Of a stretch of 64,000 nucleotides of DNA, positions 16,447-26,535 are shown piece after piece; the first letter of the stretch is position 1; each line of letters starts with the position of its first letter. A program made the translations under genes and the position numbers. This DNA is from Alphaproteobacteria bacterium. Lineage in GTDB: Bacteria; Pseudomonadota; Alphaproteobacteria; UBA828. The stretch is from positions 234,276 through 298,275 of the forward strand of contig CBDEUT010000004.1 of NCBI GenBank assembly GCA_965243375.1, given 5' to 3'. The notes below the pieces were generated by a model, which saw nothing but the letters and a program-made list of their open reading frames with translations, ran no database searches and was not told the origin of the DNA.

Positions 16447-19400
16447 TTAGTTGGGAACGGCCGACTCCGGTGGGGAGTTCCCGGCGAGGGCGCAGAGGTC
16501 GTGCAGGATGCGCTGGACGCCCTCCAGCCGCGCCTCGGTATCGGGCCAGCGGCGGTTGGCGACGAGGCGATTGTCGGGCCGAAGGCGCACCTCGTTCTCC
16601 GGGGTCGAGACGTAGCGGACCAGCGCCGCGGGCTCGCCGAAGCCGCCGTCCCGGAAGCTCAGCACCGCGCCCTTGGGCCCGGCCTCGACACGCTCGATGC
16701 CGCTCTGCCGGCAGAGCTGCTTGATCGCCATGATCTCCAGCAGATGGCGCACCGATGCCGGCGGCGGGCCGAACCGGTCGGTCAGCTCGTCGATGAAGGC
16801 GTCGATCCCGGCCTGGTCTTCGAGCGCGGCGACGCGGCGATAGAGGGTGAGCCGCACGTCGAGGTCGCGCACGTAGCTCTCCGGGATCAGCACCGAGGTG
16901 CCGAGGCCGATGGTGGGCGACCAGCGCTCGGCCGGCGGCGCCTCGCCGCCTGCGGCAGCGCGCGCGGTTGCCACGGCCTCCTCCAGCATGTGCTGGTAGA
17001 GCTCGATCCCGACCTCGCGGATATGGCCCGATTGCTCTGCGCCCAGCAGATTGCCCGCGCCCCTGATGTCGAGATCGTGGCTCGCCAGGCTGAAGCCGGC
17101 GCCGAGGCCGTCGAGGCGGTGGATGACCTGAAGCCGCTTGTGCGCGGTGTCGGTGAGGCGATGGCCCGGCGGGAGGGTGAGATAAGCGTAGCCGCGCAGC
17201 TTCGCCCGCCCGATCCGCCCGCGCAGCTGGTAGAGCTGGGCGAGGCCGAAGCGGTCCGCGCGATGGACGATCATGGTGTTGACCCGTTGCAGGTCGAGCC
17301 CCGATTCGATGATCGCGGTGGAGACCAGGACGTCGTACTTGCCGTCGTAGAAGTCTCCCATGATCGTATCGAGCGAGCGCGCCGCGAGCCGGCCGTGGGC
17401 GACGGCGAGCTTCACCTCGGGCACCAGCCGACGCACGCGCTCGGCCACCTCGTCGAGATCGGCGATGCGCGGGCACACGTAGAACGTCTGGCCGCCGCGC
17501 AGGTGCTCGCGCATCAGTGCTTCGCGCACCACCACCGGGTCGAAGGGCAGGATGAACGTGCGCACCGCGAGGCGATCCACAGGCGGGGTCGCGATAACGC
17601 TCATGTCGCGCACGCCGCTCAGAGCCATCTGCAAGGTGCGGGGGATCGGCGTCGCGGTGAGTGTCAGCACGTGGGCTTCGGCCTTGAGCTGCTTCAGGCG
17701 CTCCTTGTGGGCGACACCGAAATGCTGCTCCTCGTCCACGACGACGAGGCCGAGATCGTTGAAGACGATCTGCTTGCCGAGCAGCGCATGGGTGCCGATG
17801 ACGATGTCGACCGTGCCGGCGGCGATGCCGCGCCTGGTCTCCGCCTGCTCCTTGGCCGGCACCAGGCGCGAGAGCTGGGCGATCTCCACCGGCAGTCGGG
17901 CGAAGCGCTCGCGGAAGGTCTGCATGTGCTGCCGTGAGAGCAGCGTGGTCGGCGTCAGCACCGCGACCTGCCTGCCAGCGTGGACCGCGTGGAAGGCGGC
18001 GCGCAGAGCGACCTCGGTCTTGCCGAAGCCGACATCGCCGCAGATCAGGCGGTCCATCGCCCGCCCGGCATCCAGGTCGCCGAGCGCCTCGTCGATGGCG
18101 CGCGCCTGATCCTCGGTCTCGACGTAGGGGAAGCCCGCGCAGAAGGCGTCGTAGAGGGTGCCCGGCGCCGTGAGCTGCGGTGCGGGCCTGGTCGCGCGCT
18201 CGGCCGCGAGCCCGATGAGCTGATTCGCCATGTCGCGGATGCGCTGCTTGAGCCGCGCTTTACGTGCCTGCCAGCCGGCCCCGCCCAGCCGGTCCAGCGC
18301 AACCGGGCGGTCGGCCGAGCCGTAGCGCGAGAGCAGGTCGATGTTCTCCACCGGCAGGAAGAGCCGGTCGTCGCCCTCGTAGAGGATGCGCAGACAGTCG
18401 TGGGGGGCGTGATCGACCTCCAGCGTGACCAGGCCGTCGTAGCGGCCGATGCCATGGTCGACGTGCACCACCAGGTCGCCGTCGGCGAGCGCCGCCACAT
18501 CGACGAGAAACTCGTCGGCGGGCTTCCGGCGGCGGCGCTCCGGCCGGCTCGCGCGAGCGCCAAGGATGTCCTGCTCGGCGATGACGGCGAGGCCCGTCGA
18601 GACGAACCCGCGCTCCAGCGGCAGCACGGCCGCCGCCGCGATGGTCGGCGGTAGCGCGCAGGCCGCCCGCCAATCTGCGACCGGCTCGATTCCGTGCACC
18701 CCGTGCTCCTGCAGCAGGCGGACCATGCGGTCGCGGCTGCCGGCGCCGCCGCTTGCGATCAGGATGCGGAGGCCGCTCTCCTGCAGCCGGTCGACGTGCT
18801 CGCCGACAGACTCGAACAGTGCGCCATGCCGCTGCGCGCGCTCGGCGACGAAGTCGCGCCCGTCGCGGGCGCCGGCGTCCGCCCCGCCTTCGTCTTCCAA
18901 GAAGGGCGAGCACTGCACGACCGGGCGTCCGGCGAGCTGGCGTTGCCATTCTTCGGCATCGAGAAACAGCGACTCGGTCGGGACCGGGTGATAGGGGGTG
19001 TCGGCGATCGACGAGGTGGGCGGGTTGGCACGCGCGCCGTAGAAATCGGCGATGGTCTCGAAGCGGTCGTCGCGCACTTCCGCCGCCCGATGGTCGAGCA
19101 GAACCGGGCCTTCCGGGACGTAATCGAAGAGCGTCTCCAGCCCCTCGTGGAACATCGGCAGCCAGTGCTCGATGCCGGGATAGCGCCTGCCGGCAGAGAC
19201 CGCTTCGTAGAGCGGATCGTCGCCGGTCACGGCGCCGAACGCGCGGCGATAGGCACCGCGGAAACGAGCGATGGACTGCGGCGTGAGCAAGATCTCGCTG
19301 ACCGGCACGAGGTGCAACGCCGCGGCAGGCTCGGCCCGACGCTGCGATAGCGGGTCGAACCAGCGCATGGTTTCGACGACGTCGCCGAAGAAGTCGAGCC

Positions 19401-19959
19401 GCACCGGGCGCTCTGCGTTGGGCGGGAAGATGTCCACGATGCCGCCGCGCACGGCGTAGTCGCCGGCCTCCATCACCGTGCCGGTGCGCACGAAGCCGTT
19501 GCGTTCCAGGTAGCCCAGCAAGGTTTCCACATCGAGCACCGCACCGGCGGCCAGCGGAAGGGTCGCGTCGGCCAGCATGGTGCGGGGCGGCACGCGCTGC
19601 ACCGCCGCGTTGACCGTGGTGAGCACGACCTTGGGCCGGGCCGCGCCGTCGCTCAGCAGGCGGACGAGGCCGGCGAGGCGCCTGCTTGCGATATCGGCGC
19701 GCGGCGAGACCCGGTCGTAGGGCAGGCAATCCCAGGCCGGGATCGTGACCTGGGCGCAGTCGGGATCGAAGAAGGCGAGCATCGCGGCAAGCCGCGCCAG
19801 CCTGGCATCGTCGCGGGCGATGTAGAGGACGGGCGCGGCTTGTGCTTGCGCGAGGCCGAGCAGAACCGCCGCGGCGAAGCCCTCGGGGACGCCGCCGAGG
19901 GTGGTCTCGCCCGGCGCGGCGAGCGCCTGCAGGCAGCGGTCGGGAACGAGCGCGGTCAA
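16447..19959 (-). CDS. mfd: transcription-repair coupling factor
   Basis: 1170 aa, TTG start overlapping the sdhE stop. Helicase motifs GDVGFGKTEVALRAAF and VVDEEQHFGV. CarD-like and TRG regions present. Confidence 0.95.
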   Translation of the reverse strand: MTALVPDRCLQALAAPGETTLGGVPEGFAAAVLLGLAQAQAAPVLYIARDDARLARLAAMLAFFDPDCAQVTIPAWDCLPYDRVSPRADIASRRLAGLVRLLSDGAARPKVVLTTVNAAVQRVPPRTMLADATLPLAAGAVLDVETLLGYLERNGFVRTGTVMEAGDYAVRGGIVDIFPPNAERPVRLDFFGDVVETMRWFDPLSQRRAEPAAALHLVPVSEILLTPQSIARFRGAYRRAFGAVTGDDPLYEAVSAGRRYPGIEHWLPMFHEGLETLFDYVPEGPVLLDHRAAEVRDDRFETIADFYGARANPPTSSIADTPYHPVPTESLFLDAEEWQRQLAGRPVVQCSPFLEDEGGADAGARDGRDFVAERAQRHGALFESVGEHVDRLQESGLRILIASGGAGSRDRMVRLLQEHGVHGIEPVADWRAACALPPTIAAAAVLPLERGFVSTGLAVIAEQDILGARASRPERRRRKPADEFLVDVAALADGDLVVHVDHGIGRYDGLVTLEVDHAPHDCLRILYEGDDRLFLPVENIDLLSRYGSADRPVALDRLGGAGWQARKARLKQRIRDMANQLIGLAAERATRPAPQLTAPGTLYDAFCAGFPYVETEDQARAIDEALGDLDAGRAMDRLICGDVGFGKTEVALRAAFHAVHAGRQVAVLTPTTLLSRQHMQTFRERFARLPVEIAQLSRLVPAKEQAETRRGIAAGTVDIVIGTHALLGKQIVFNDLGLVVVDEEQHFGVAHKERLKQLKAEAHVLTLTATPIPRTLQMALSGVRDMSVIATPPVDRLAVRTFILPFDPVVVREALMREHLRGGQTFYVCPRIADLDEVAERVRRLVPEVKLAVAHGRLAARSLDTIMGDFYDGKYDVLVSTAIIESGLDLQRVNTMIVHRADRFGLAQLYQLRGRIGRAKLRGYAYLTLPPGHRLTDTAHKRLQVIHRLDGLGAGFSLASHDLDIRGAGNLLGAEQSGHIREVGIELYQHMLEEAVATARAAAGGEAPPAERWSPTIGLGTSVLIPESYVRDLDVRLTLYRRVAALEDQAGIDAFIDELTDRFGPPPASVRHLLEIMAIKQLCRQSGIERVEAGPKGAVLSFRDGGFGEPAALVRYVSTPENEVRLRPDNRLVANRRWPDTEARLEGVQRILHDLCALAGNSPPESAVPN

Positions 19960-20243
19960 CGGCGGCGATCGCGGCTTCGGCTCATGGCCTCGCGCCTGAG
20001 CCGCGCCATGAACGGGGTGTCGTGTTCGGCGGGGACCGGCGCCCGCCCGCTGATCCAGTTCGTGATGTCGACATCGCTCGCGGCCAGCAGGCGCTCCGCC
20101 TGCGCCACTTCGTCGGGCGGAAGCCGGTGACCAAGCCGGGCGATGACATCGCCGACCAGGAGGTCGGTCTCCTTGGTGCCGGTGCGCGCCGACCGATAAC
20201 GGAGCCGCCTGCGCCTGGTCTCGATGTCGAGGCCTGCGGTCAT
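19956..20243 (-). CDS. sdhE: succinate dehydrogenase assembly factor 2 (SdhE/DUF339)
   Basis: ORF trimmed to the ATG at 20243. RRRRLRYRSARTGTKETDLLVGDV matches the SdhE RGxxE-type motif region. Lies directly upstream of mfd. Confidence 0.75.
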   Translation of the reverse strand: MTAGLDIETRRRRLRYRSARTGTKETDLLVGDVIARLGHRLPPDEVAQAERLLAASDVDITNWISGRAPVPAEHDTPFMARLRREAMSRSRDRRR

Positions 20244-20274
20244 GGCCGGCGTGGCCTCGGCGTTGCGGGCGGGC

Positions 20275-21471
20275 TCAGCCCGCCACGACGGCGGCCGGGT
20301 CACGGCCGACGATCCGGCGGTAGATGTCGGGGTCGGTCGCGCCCTCGCTGCCGATGACCAGGATCCGGGAGGCTTCGCCTAGGCCCAATGCCTCGCGCGC
20401 CTCCGCATCGTCTGCCGCAGCCATCAGCCCGCCGAGGGAGGCGGCACCGGACTCGCCCAGCACGAGCGGCGGGTCGCCGGCGGCGGGGGCAGCGGCACGG
20501 CGCATGGCATCGGTGGCACCCGCATCGTCCAGTGCCATGAAGGCGAAGGCGCCTCGCGCGAGCATCTGCCAGGCGAGCGGCGAGACCTCGGCGGCGGCGA
20601 GGCAGGCCATCACCGTGTCGAGATCGCCGGAGGCGGGGCTCGGTTTGCCGTTGACCGCGCTCTGGTAGAGGCAGTCGGCGGTCGTCGGCTCGACCACTAC
20701 GCCTTTCGGGCTCTTGTCGCCGCAATCCTGGCGGAAGGCGCCGATTACCGCGGCCGCGAGCCCGCCGACACCGGCCTGTACGAAGAGATGGGTCGGCACC
20801 GCGCCGCCTAGCGCCGCCCTGATCTCGTCCACCAGCATGGCGTAGCCGTGCATGACCCGGCTCGGTGCCTCGTCGCCGCCGGCGTGCGAAGTGTCCGAGA
20901 CCAGCAGCCAGCCCCTTGCATTCGCCTCGTCGGCGCAGGCCTCCACCGCCTCGTCATAACTGCCGGCGATGCGCACGATGTCGGCACCCTGGGCTGCGAT
21001 GGCGCGCTCGCGGCCCTGGCTCACCGGCCCCGGAAGAAACACCGTGCAGCGCGCGCCGGCGCGGCGGGCGCCCCAGGCCACCGCAAGCCCGTGGTTGCCG
21101 TCGGTCGCGCAGCACACCCTCACGTCGCTTGCGCGCTTGGCGGCCCGGCCTGCGGCGACCTCCGCGATGGAGACGTCGTCTCCCAGCCGCTCGCGCAGCA
21201 GGTGCACCACGGCATAGGCGCCGCCCAACGCCTTGAAGCTGCCGAGGCCGAAGCGCCCGCTCTCGTCCTTGAGCCAGAGCGTCTCGATGCCGAGCGTGGC
21301 GGCGAGCCGGTCCAATCGGTGCAGCGGGGTGGGCCGGTAGCCTTCGAAGCCCATGATCGCGGCGCGCGCCGCGGCGCGACGCTCCAGCAGGATCGCCTGC
21401 TCGGAACCGCCGGCGTCTCCCGTGGCGGACGCGTAACGTGGATTCACATGGAGCTGGAAGGGGACGGTCAT
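20275..21471 (-). CDS. diaminopropionate ammonia-lyase (fold-type II PLP enzyme)
   Basis: 398 aa. LWLKDESGRFGLGSFKALGG (PLP-Lys region), ATDGNHG, and C-terminal GSEGATDPDIY are typical of the DpaL/YgeX family. Confidence 0.75.
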   Translation of the reverse strand: MTVPFQLHVNPRYASATGDAGGSEQAILLERRAAARAAIMGFEGYRPTPLHRLDRLAATLGIETLWLKDESGRFGLGSFKALGGAYAVVHLLRERLGDDVSIAEVAAGRAAKRASDVRVCCATDGNHGLAVAWGARRAGARCTVFLPGPVSQGRERAIAAQGADIVRIAGSYDEAVEACADEANARGWLLVSDTSHAGGDEAPSRVMHGYAMLVDEIRAALGGAVPTHLFVQAGVGGLAAAVIGAFRQDCGDKSPKGVVVEPTTADCLYQSAVNGKPSPASGDLDTVMACLAAAEVSPLAWQMLARGAFAFMALDDAGATDAMRRAAAPAAGDPPLVLGESGAASLGGLMAAADDAEAREALGLGEASRILVIGSEGATDPDIYRRIVGRDPAAVVAG

Positions 21472-21485
21472 GGCGCAGCCCCGGC

Positions 21486-23474
21486 TCAGCGCAGGTCAGC
21501 GAGCAAGGGCATGACCTCGTCCGCGAAGCGCTCCAGCTGCGCCGCCTTCCCGCTCTCCGGCGCCAGCACGTTCAAGACGAGATGGCGCATGCCGGCCGTG
21601 TGGAACGCTCGAATCAATTCAGCGACTTCCGCCGCGTCCCCGAGTGCGCAGTAACGCTCCGCCGCACGGGAAAAATCCATGGCGTAGCGGACGCTCAGGA
21701 ACTTGGCGGCGAATTCGAGAGCGGTCTCGCGGTCCTCGTCGAGCCTCACGAACAGCAGGTGCGATGTGCCGAAGCGCTCCAGCGTGCGTCCCGCATCGGC
21801 CGCAGCGGCGGCGATGGTATCGAGCGAGCGGCGGTAGCGCTCGGGGTCCACGACGTAGGACATCCAGCCGTCCGCCAGTCGGCCGGCGCGCCGCAGCGCG
21901 GGGTCGGCGCGGCCGCCGCACCAGATCGGCGGGCCGCCCGGCTGTGCAGGCGGCGGCTGGATCGCGACCTCGGGGAAGGTGTAGAAGCGCCCGTCATGAG
22001 CGACCGGGCGGCCGGACCAGAGCTTGCGCAGGACGCGAATCCCCTCACTGAGCCTGGCGCCGCGTTCCTCCACCGGCACGCCGCAAAGCTCGAACTCGAG
22101 AGGGAACTCGCCGCCGACGCCGACCCCAAAAATCACCCGGCCGTTCGAGATCGTGTCGAGGGTCGCAACCTGCTTCGCCACGGGCGACGGGTGGCGGAGC
22201 GGCAGCAGATAGACCGCCGTGCCGACGGTAAGCCGGTCGCTCAGCGCAGCCGCCTGGGCGAGCTGCAAGAGCGGATCGAGGATCGGGCCCGCGAAGGCCA
22301 CGTGATCGCCGGACCAGATCGAATCGAAACCCCGTGCATCGAGCAGGCGCACGGTCTCGGGCAGGTCGCGGCCGGCGGCCGCCCCCTCTTCATCGTCGTA
22401 GCCCGTCGGCGCCAGCACATTCTGGTAGCCGATGCTCAATCTCGATTCGAGGGGCAGATCCACAACCGGCTCCCGCCTTGGAGAAAATGGCCGCGCACTG
22501 TAGCCCGCATGTCTCGATGCGGTCACGGCCCGCGTTGCGCCGATGAGATTTGCGCCGCGCCGCCCTGTGCGGCGGGTGCGGAGGGCCCATACGGGCTGTG
22601 CGATCCGGGCGGGATCGCCGGTGTCGAGAGAGGTGACGCGGCGCATTTCGCGCCGGTGCAGGGTGTCGTCGAACGGCCGCGCCCGGTGCATCGTGGCGCG
22701 GTTGTCCCAGATCACGAAATCCCCGCTCCGCCACGAATGCCGGTGCACGAACTGAGGCTGTGTCGCGTGCTCGATGAGGTCGCGCAGCAGCAGCCGGCCG
22801 TCGGGGACGGGCCGGTCGAGGATTCGCGAGGCGTGCGAGGCGAGGTAGAGAGAGCGCCGCCCGGTGCGCGGGTTCTCCAATATCAGAGGCTGAATGGCCC
22901 CCTTGAGCCGGTCGCTCTCTTCCTCGGAGAAATCGAAGCCCAGCGTGATGCGCGAGTACGCGATCGAATGGTGCACGCGGAGGCCTTCGAGGGTCGCCTT
23001 CGCCTCGTCCGTCAGGGCGTCGTAGGCCGCCCGCATGTCCGCGAACTCGGTGTCCGACGCGACCGGCGGAAGCACGAGGGCGGCGAGCATCGAGTAGCGG
23101 CCGCGCGGATCCTGAAACGACGCGTCGGTGTGCCACAGGCGGTTAGCGATACCGTACTGACGCTTGCGGTCCTCCGCTTCCAGAATCTCTCCGTCCGGGC
23201 CCACGTTCGAGACATCGGTGAGCGCTTCGTCGCCGAAGCGGCTCTTCTGCAGGATGCTGATGCCGGTCTTGCGGTGGAGCTCGCCGTCGAGCCGGGTGGC
23301 GAAGTCGCGCTGCTCCTCGCTCGAAAGCGCCTGGTCCCGAAACACGAGCACCGCGTGCTCGTCCATGCCGGCCCGTATCTGCTCCAGAGTCTCGTCATCG
23401 TGCACGTCGCGGAGATCGACCGGGCTCGCCTCGGCGACGAAGAGGGGGTGGAGCTTGCGGAACTGGAGCGTCAT
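21486..23474 (-). CDS. in-frame fusion ORF: TauD/TfdA-family Fe(II)/2-oxoglutarate dioxygenase (N) + luciferase-like (LLM, F420/flavin-type) oxidoreductase (C)
   Basis: One frame without a stop from the ATG at 23474 to the TGA at 21486. N-part has LWHTDASF (HxD) and WDNRATMHRA. C-part has DSIWSGDHV...GVGVGGEFPLEF...LNVL. An Arg-rich linker lies at about 22464-22600. An internal GTG at 22463 has GGGAG upstream. Confidence 0.7.
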   Translation of the reverse strand: MTLQFRKLHPLFVAEASPVDLRDVHDDETLEQIRAGMDEHAVLVFRDQALSSEEQRDFATRLDGELHRKTGISILQKSRFGDEALTDVSNVGPDGEILEAEDRKRQYGIANRLWHTDASFQDPRGRYSMLAALVLPPVASDTEFADMRAAYDALTDEAKATLEGLRVHHSIAYSRITLGFDFSEEESDRLKGAIQPLILENPRTGRRSLYLASHASRILDRPVPDGRLLLRDLIEHATQPQFVHRHSWRSGDFVIWDNRATMHRARPFDDTLHRREMRRVTSLDTGDPARIAQPVWALRTRRTGRRGANLIGATRAVTASRHAGYSARPFSPRREPVVDLPLESRLSIGYQNVLAPTGYDDEEGAAAGRDLPETVRLLDARGFDSIWSGDHVAFAGPILDPLLQLAQAAALSDRLTVGTAVYLLPLRHPSPVAKQVATLDTISNGRVIFGVGVGGEFPLEFELCGVPVEERGARLSEGIRVLRKLWSGRPVAHDGRFYTFPEVAIQPPPAQPGGPPIWCGGRADPALRRAGRLADGWMSYVVDPERYRRSLDTIAAAAADAGRTLERFGTSHLLFVRLDEDRETALEFAAKFLSVRYAMDFSRAAERYCALGDAAEVAELIRAFHTAGMRHLVLNVLAPESGKAAQLERFADEVMPLLADLR

Positions 23475-24394
23475 CGGGTCTCGCCCGTCTGTGGGCCCGT
23501 TTCGATGGGCAGGTCGGGATCGTACGCCCACTCGCCCATCGAGCCGTCGTAGAGGGTGAGGTCACGGTAGCCGAGCTGGTGCAGGAGGAACAGGCCGACG
23601 GTGGCGGAGATACCCCCGCCGCAATAGGCGACGACCTGGCGGTCCGGGGTGATTCGGGCTTCCTCGTGCAGCCGCCGCGCCTCGTCCAGCGGTACGAAGG
23701 CGCCGTTCGACGGATCGAGGAGGGTCGCCGCAGGCACGTTGACGCTGCCCGGGATCCGCCCCGGGCGTCCGTAGCGGCTCGGGCCCTCGCCCAGGTGAAA
23801 CGCGGGCGCGAGCGCATTCACCGCGGCGGTGCCGGCATCGCCGAGCCGGGACAGCACGTACTCGCTGTCCACGAACCGGCCGGGCTGGAGCGAGGCGGTA
23901 AAGCTTGCGGGCGGGTATTCGCCCGGTGTGGAAGAGACGGGGCGGCCCTCCGCCTTCCACTTCTCCCAGCCGCCATCGAGCACCGCCGCGCTCTCGAAGC
24001 CGAAGGCGCGCAGCATCCACCAGACCCGTGTCGCCCACATGATGCTGCCGGCTGAGTAGAGCACAACGCGGGAGCCGTCGCCGATTCCGAGCGCGCCCAT
24101 GGCCTCCGCGAACTGCTCTGCGGTGGGGGCCATGAACTTGAGGCGCGTGTCCGGGTCGGAAATCTGGCCCTGGATGTCGAGAAAGACGGCGCCGGGGATG
24201 TGCTCGGCGTCGTACTCGGCCCGGCCGGGGACGACTCGGTAAGGGGCATCGTCGCCGGGCTCCGCCGGCTGGAGCCATGTCGTGCAGTCCACGATGCGAA
24301 GCCCCGGCGCACCCAGGCTCGCCTCGAGCGCGCCGGTCTCGATCAGCGCCTGCGGCTCGCGCCAGTTCGCGAGATCGGCTCGGCCTTCGGTCAT
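23471..24394 (-). CDS. two-domain rhodanese-type sulfurtransferase
   Basis: ORF trimmed to MTEGRADL (ATG at 24394). HIPGAVFLD in domain 1 and the active-site loop YCGGGISAT in domain 2. ATGA overlap with the downstream gene. Confidence 0.8.
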   Translation of the reverse strand: MTEGRADLANWREPQALIETGALEASLGAPGLRIVDCTTWLQPAEPGDDAPYRVVPGRAEYDAEHIPGAVFLDIQGQISDPDTRLKFMAPTAEQFAEAMGALGIGDGSRVVLYSAGSIMWATRVWWMLRAFGFESAAVLDGGWEKWKAEGRPVSSTPGEYPPASFTASLQPGRFVDSEYVLSRLGDAGTAAVNALAPAFHLGEGPSRYGRPGRIPGSVNVPAATLLDPSNGAFVPLDEARRLHEEARITPDRQVVAYCGGGISATVGLFLLHQLGYRDLTLYDGSMGEWAYDPDLPIETGPQTGETR

Positions 24395-24462
24395 CGACGG
24401 TCTCTCCTGCGCTCCGACCGCAATCCTATCGGGGCGCGGCGGCGCGGTCACCGTTGGCCCGT

Positions 24463-25209
24463 TCAGTGGTCGCTGAGCAGCGAGCCGCAGCCATAGATGC
24501 GGTCGTCGAACCCGTTGGCCCGGTAGGCGTGCCAGGCGATCGCGGCGTTGATGGCGATCACCGGCTTGCCCAGCCAGCCTTCCGCCTCCGCCGCGAGCCG
24601 CACCATGGAGAGGTTGGTGCCCACCTGCACGATGGCGTCCACGTCCGGGCCGTCGAGCGCGCGCAGCACATCCCGAAGCCTCTCCGGAGTCACCGCCGCG
24701 ATGGCTGTCGCGCTCGGACACTGGAGGTCCACGTAGCGGGTCACCGGGAAGCCGGATTCCTCGAAGTAGCGGACGATCTGCTCGCGCATGATCGGCTGGT
24801 ACGGGGTGAGCACCGCGATGCGCCGGGCGCCGACGGCCTCCAGGGCGGCGCTGCACGCTTCCGCCCCGGTCGTCACGCCAATCCCGCACAGCCGCCGGGC
24901 CCGTTCGCGGAAGGTCGCGTTGCCCGCGCGGCCGCCCCAGAACGTGGGCGCCGACATCCCCATCACAAGGTAGTCGGGCTCGCAGGTCATGACGTCACGC
25001 ACCGCGGTCTCGAAGGCCCCGTCCACCTGCTCCAGAAGCGCCGCGAACGCATCGTTCGAGTCGAGAGCCGGGCTCTCGATGTAAATCCGCCCGGTGTGAA
25101 ACGTGACGCCGGGAATGCGGAAGAGGTGGTTGAAGTCGGCCTCCACGATCGTGTTGGTGGAGGGCACGATGACGGCAAGCTTGGCGCGGAAACCGGCGAC
25201 GTCGGGCAT
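24463..25209 (-). CDS. Asp/Glu/hydantoin racemase superfamily protein (maleate isomerase / arylmalonate decarboxylase / EutA-like)
   Basis: 248 aa. KLAVIVPSTNTIVEADF N-terminus, RIAVLTPY, and GKPVIAINAAIAWH are typical of this superfamily. Confidence 0.7.
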   Translation of the reverse strand: MPDVAGFRAKLAVIVPSTNTIVEADFNHLFRIPGVTFHTGRIYIESPALDSNDAFAALLEQVDGAFETAVRDVMTCEPDYLVMGMSAPTFWGGRAGNATFRERARRLCGIGVTTGAEACSAALEAVGARRIAVLTPYQPIMREQIVRYFEESGFPVTRYVDLQCPSATAIAAVTPERLRDVLRALDGPDVDAIVQVGTNLSMVRLAAEAEGWLGKPVIAINAAIAWHAYRANGFDDRIYGCGSLLSDH

Positions 25210-25218
25210 GGCAGCGGA

Positions 25219-26535
25219 TTACTGACCGTCCGGCGTCTCGGCGCTGAGGTCGGGATAAATCGGGAAGGCGCGGCAGAGAGTCCGCACCTCGGTGCGAATA
25301 GCCTGCTCGACCGCCTCGTCGCGCCCGCCCGCCGTTGCCATGGCGTGCAGCACGTCGGCGATCCAGCCCCCGATGCGGCGGAACTCGGCTTCGCCGAAGC
25401 CTCGGGTGGTCCCGGCCGCCGAGCCGAAACGCAAGCCCGAGGTCACGCGGGGCGGCTGCGTGTCGCCGGGCACCGCGTTCTTGTTGCAGGTGAGACCGGC
25501 GGCTTCCAGGCTGTCGGAGGCCGCGGCCCCGGTCAGCCCGAGCGGACGGAGATCGGCCACCAGCAGCGGCGTGTCCGTGCCGCCCGCGACGATGGCGATG
25601 TCCCGCTCCATCAGCGTATCGGCGAGGCAACGCGCATTGGCCAGGACCTGGGCCGCGTAAGCCTTGAACTCGGGCTTGAGCGCTTCGCCCAGGCAGACTG
25701 CCTTGGCCGCGACCGCGTTGAGGATCACGCTGCCCTGCACGCCGGGGAAGACCGCTCTGTCCAGCTTGCGCGCGAGCACCGCGTCGTCGGTGAGGATGAT
25801 GCCGCCGCGTGCGCCGCGCAGGTTCTTGTAGGTGGTCGCCGTGGTGACGTGGGCGTGGGGCAGGGGGCTCGGGTGCGCGCCGCCCGCCACGAGACCGGCG
25901 AAATGCGCCATATCGGCGAGCAGGGTGGCACCAACCGAATCGGCAACCCTCCGAAAGCCGGCGAAGTCGATTGCGCGCGGATAGGCCGAGCCGCCGCAGA
26001 TGATGAGCCTGGGCCGGTGCTCGTGCGCGAGGCGCTCGACCTCGCCCATGTCGATGAGGCCCGCGGCATCGGTGCCGTAACGGACCGGGTTGAACCACTT
26101 GCCGGTGAGGTTCGGCGCCGCGCCGTGGCTCAGGTGGCCGCCGGCATCCAGCGCCATGCTGAGCACCGTGTCGCCCGGCTGGAGCAGGGCGAGGAAGACC
26201 GCCTGGTTGGCCTGGCTGCCCGAATGAGGCTGGACGTTGGCGAAGGCGCATCCGAAGAGCTGCTTGGCCCGCTCGATGGCGAGGGCCTCGACCTTGTCGG
26301 CGAACGCGGCGCCGCCGTAGTAGCGGGCGCCGGGCCGGCCTTCGACGGTCTTGTTCGTAATGACGGAGCCGAGGGCCTCCAAGCTCGCCCGGCTGACCAG
26401 GTTCTCCGACGCGATCAGCTCGATCCCATCCTGCTGGCGCGCAAGCTCGCCCGCGAGGGCCGCGTGGACCTCCGGGTCGACTGTTTGCAGGTGATCGAGA
26501 AAGTAACCCGGCTCGCGCGCCGGGGTGTCGCTCAT
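25219..26535 (-). CDS. glyA: serine hydroxymethyltransferase paralog (divergent)
   Basis: ORF trimmed to [10 protein letters not shown] (ATG at 26535). [29 protein letters not shown], and PLP-Lys motif [16 protein letters not shown] (Tyr where canonical SHMT has His). Confidence 0.8.
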   Translation of the reverse strand: MSDTPAREPGYFLDHLQTVDPEVHAALAGELARQQDGIELIASENLVSRASLEALGSVITNKTVEGRPGARYYGGAAFADKVEALAIERAKQLFGCAFANVQPHSGSQANQAVFLALLQPGDTVLSMALDAGGHLSHGAAPNLTGKWFNPVRYGTDAAGLIDMGEVERLAHEHRPRLIICGGSAYPRAIDFAGFRRVADSVGATLLADMAHFAGLVAGGAHPSPLPHAHVTTATTYKNLRGARGGIILTDDAVLARKLDRAVFPGVQGSVILNAVAAKAVCLGEALKPEFKAYAAQVLANARCLADTLMERDIAIVAGGTDTPLLVADLRPLGLTGAAASDSLEAAGLTCNKNAVPGDTQPPRVTSGLRFGSAAGTTRGFGEAEFRRIGGWIADVLHAMATAGGRDEAVEQAIRTEVRTLCRAFPIYPDLSAETPDGQ

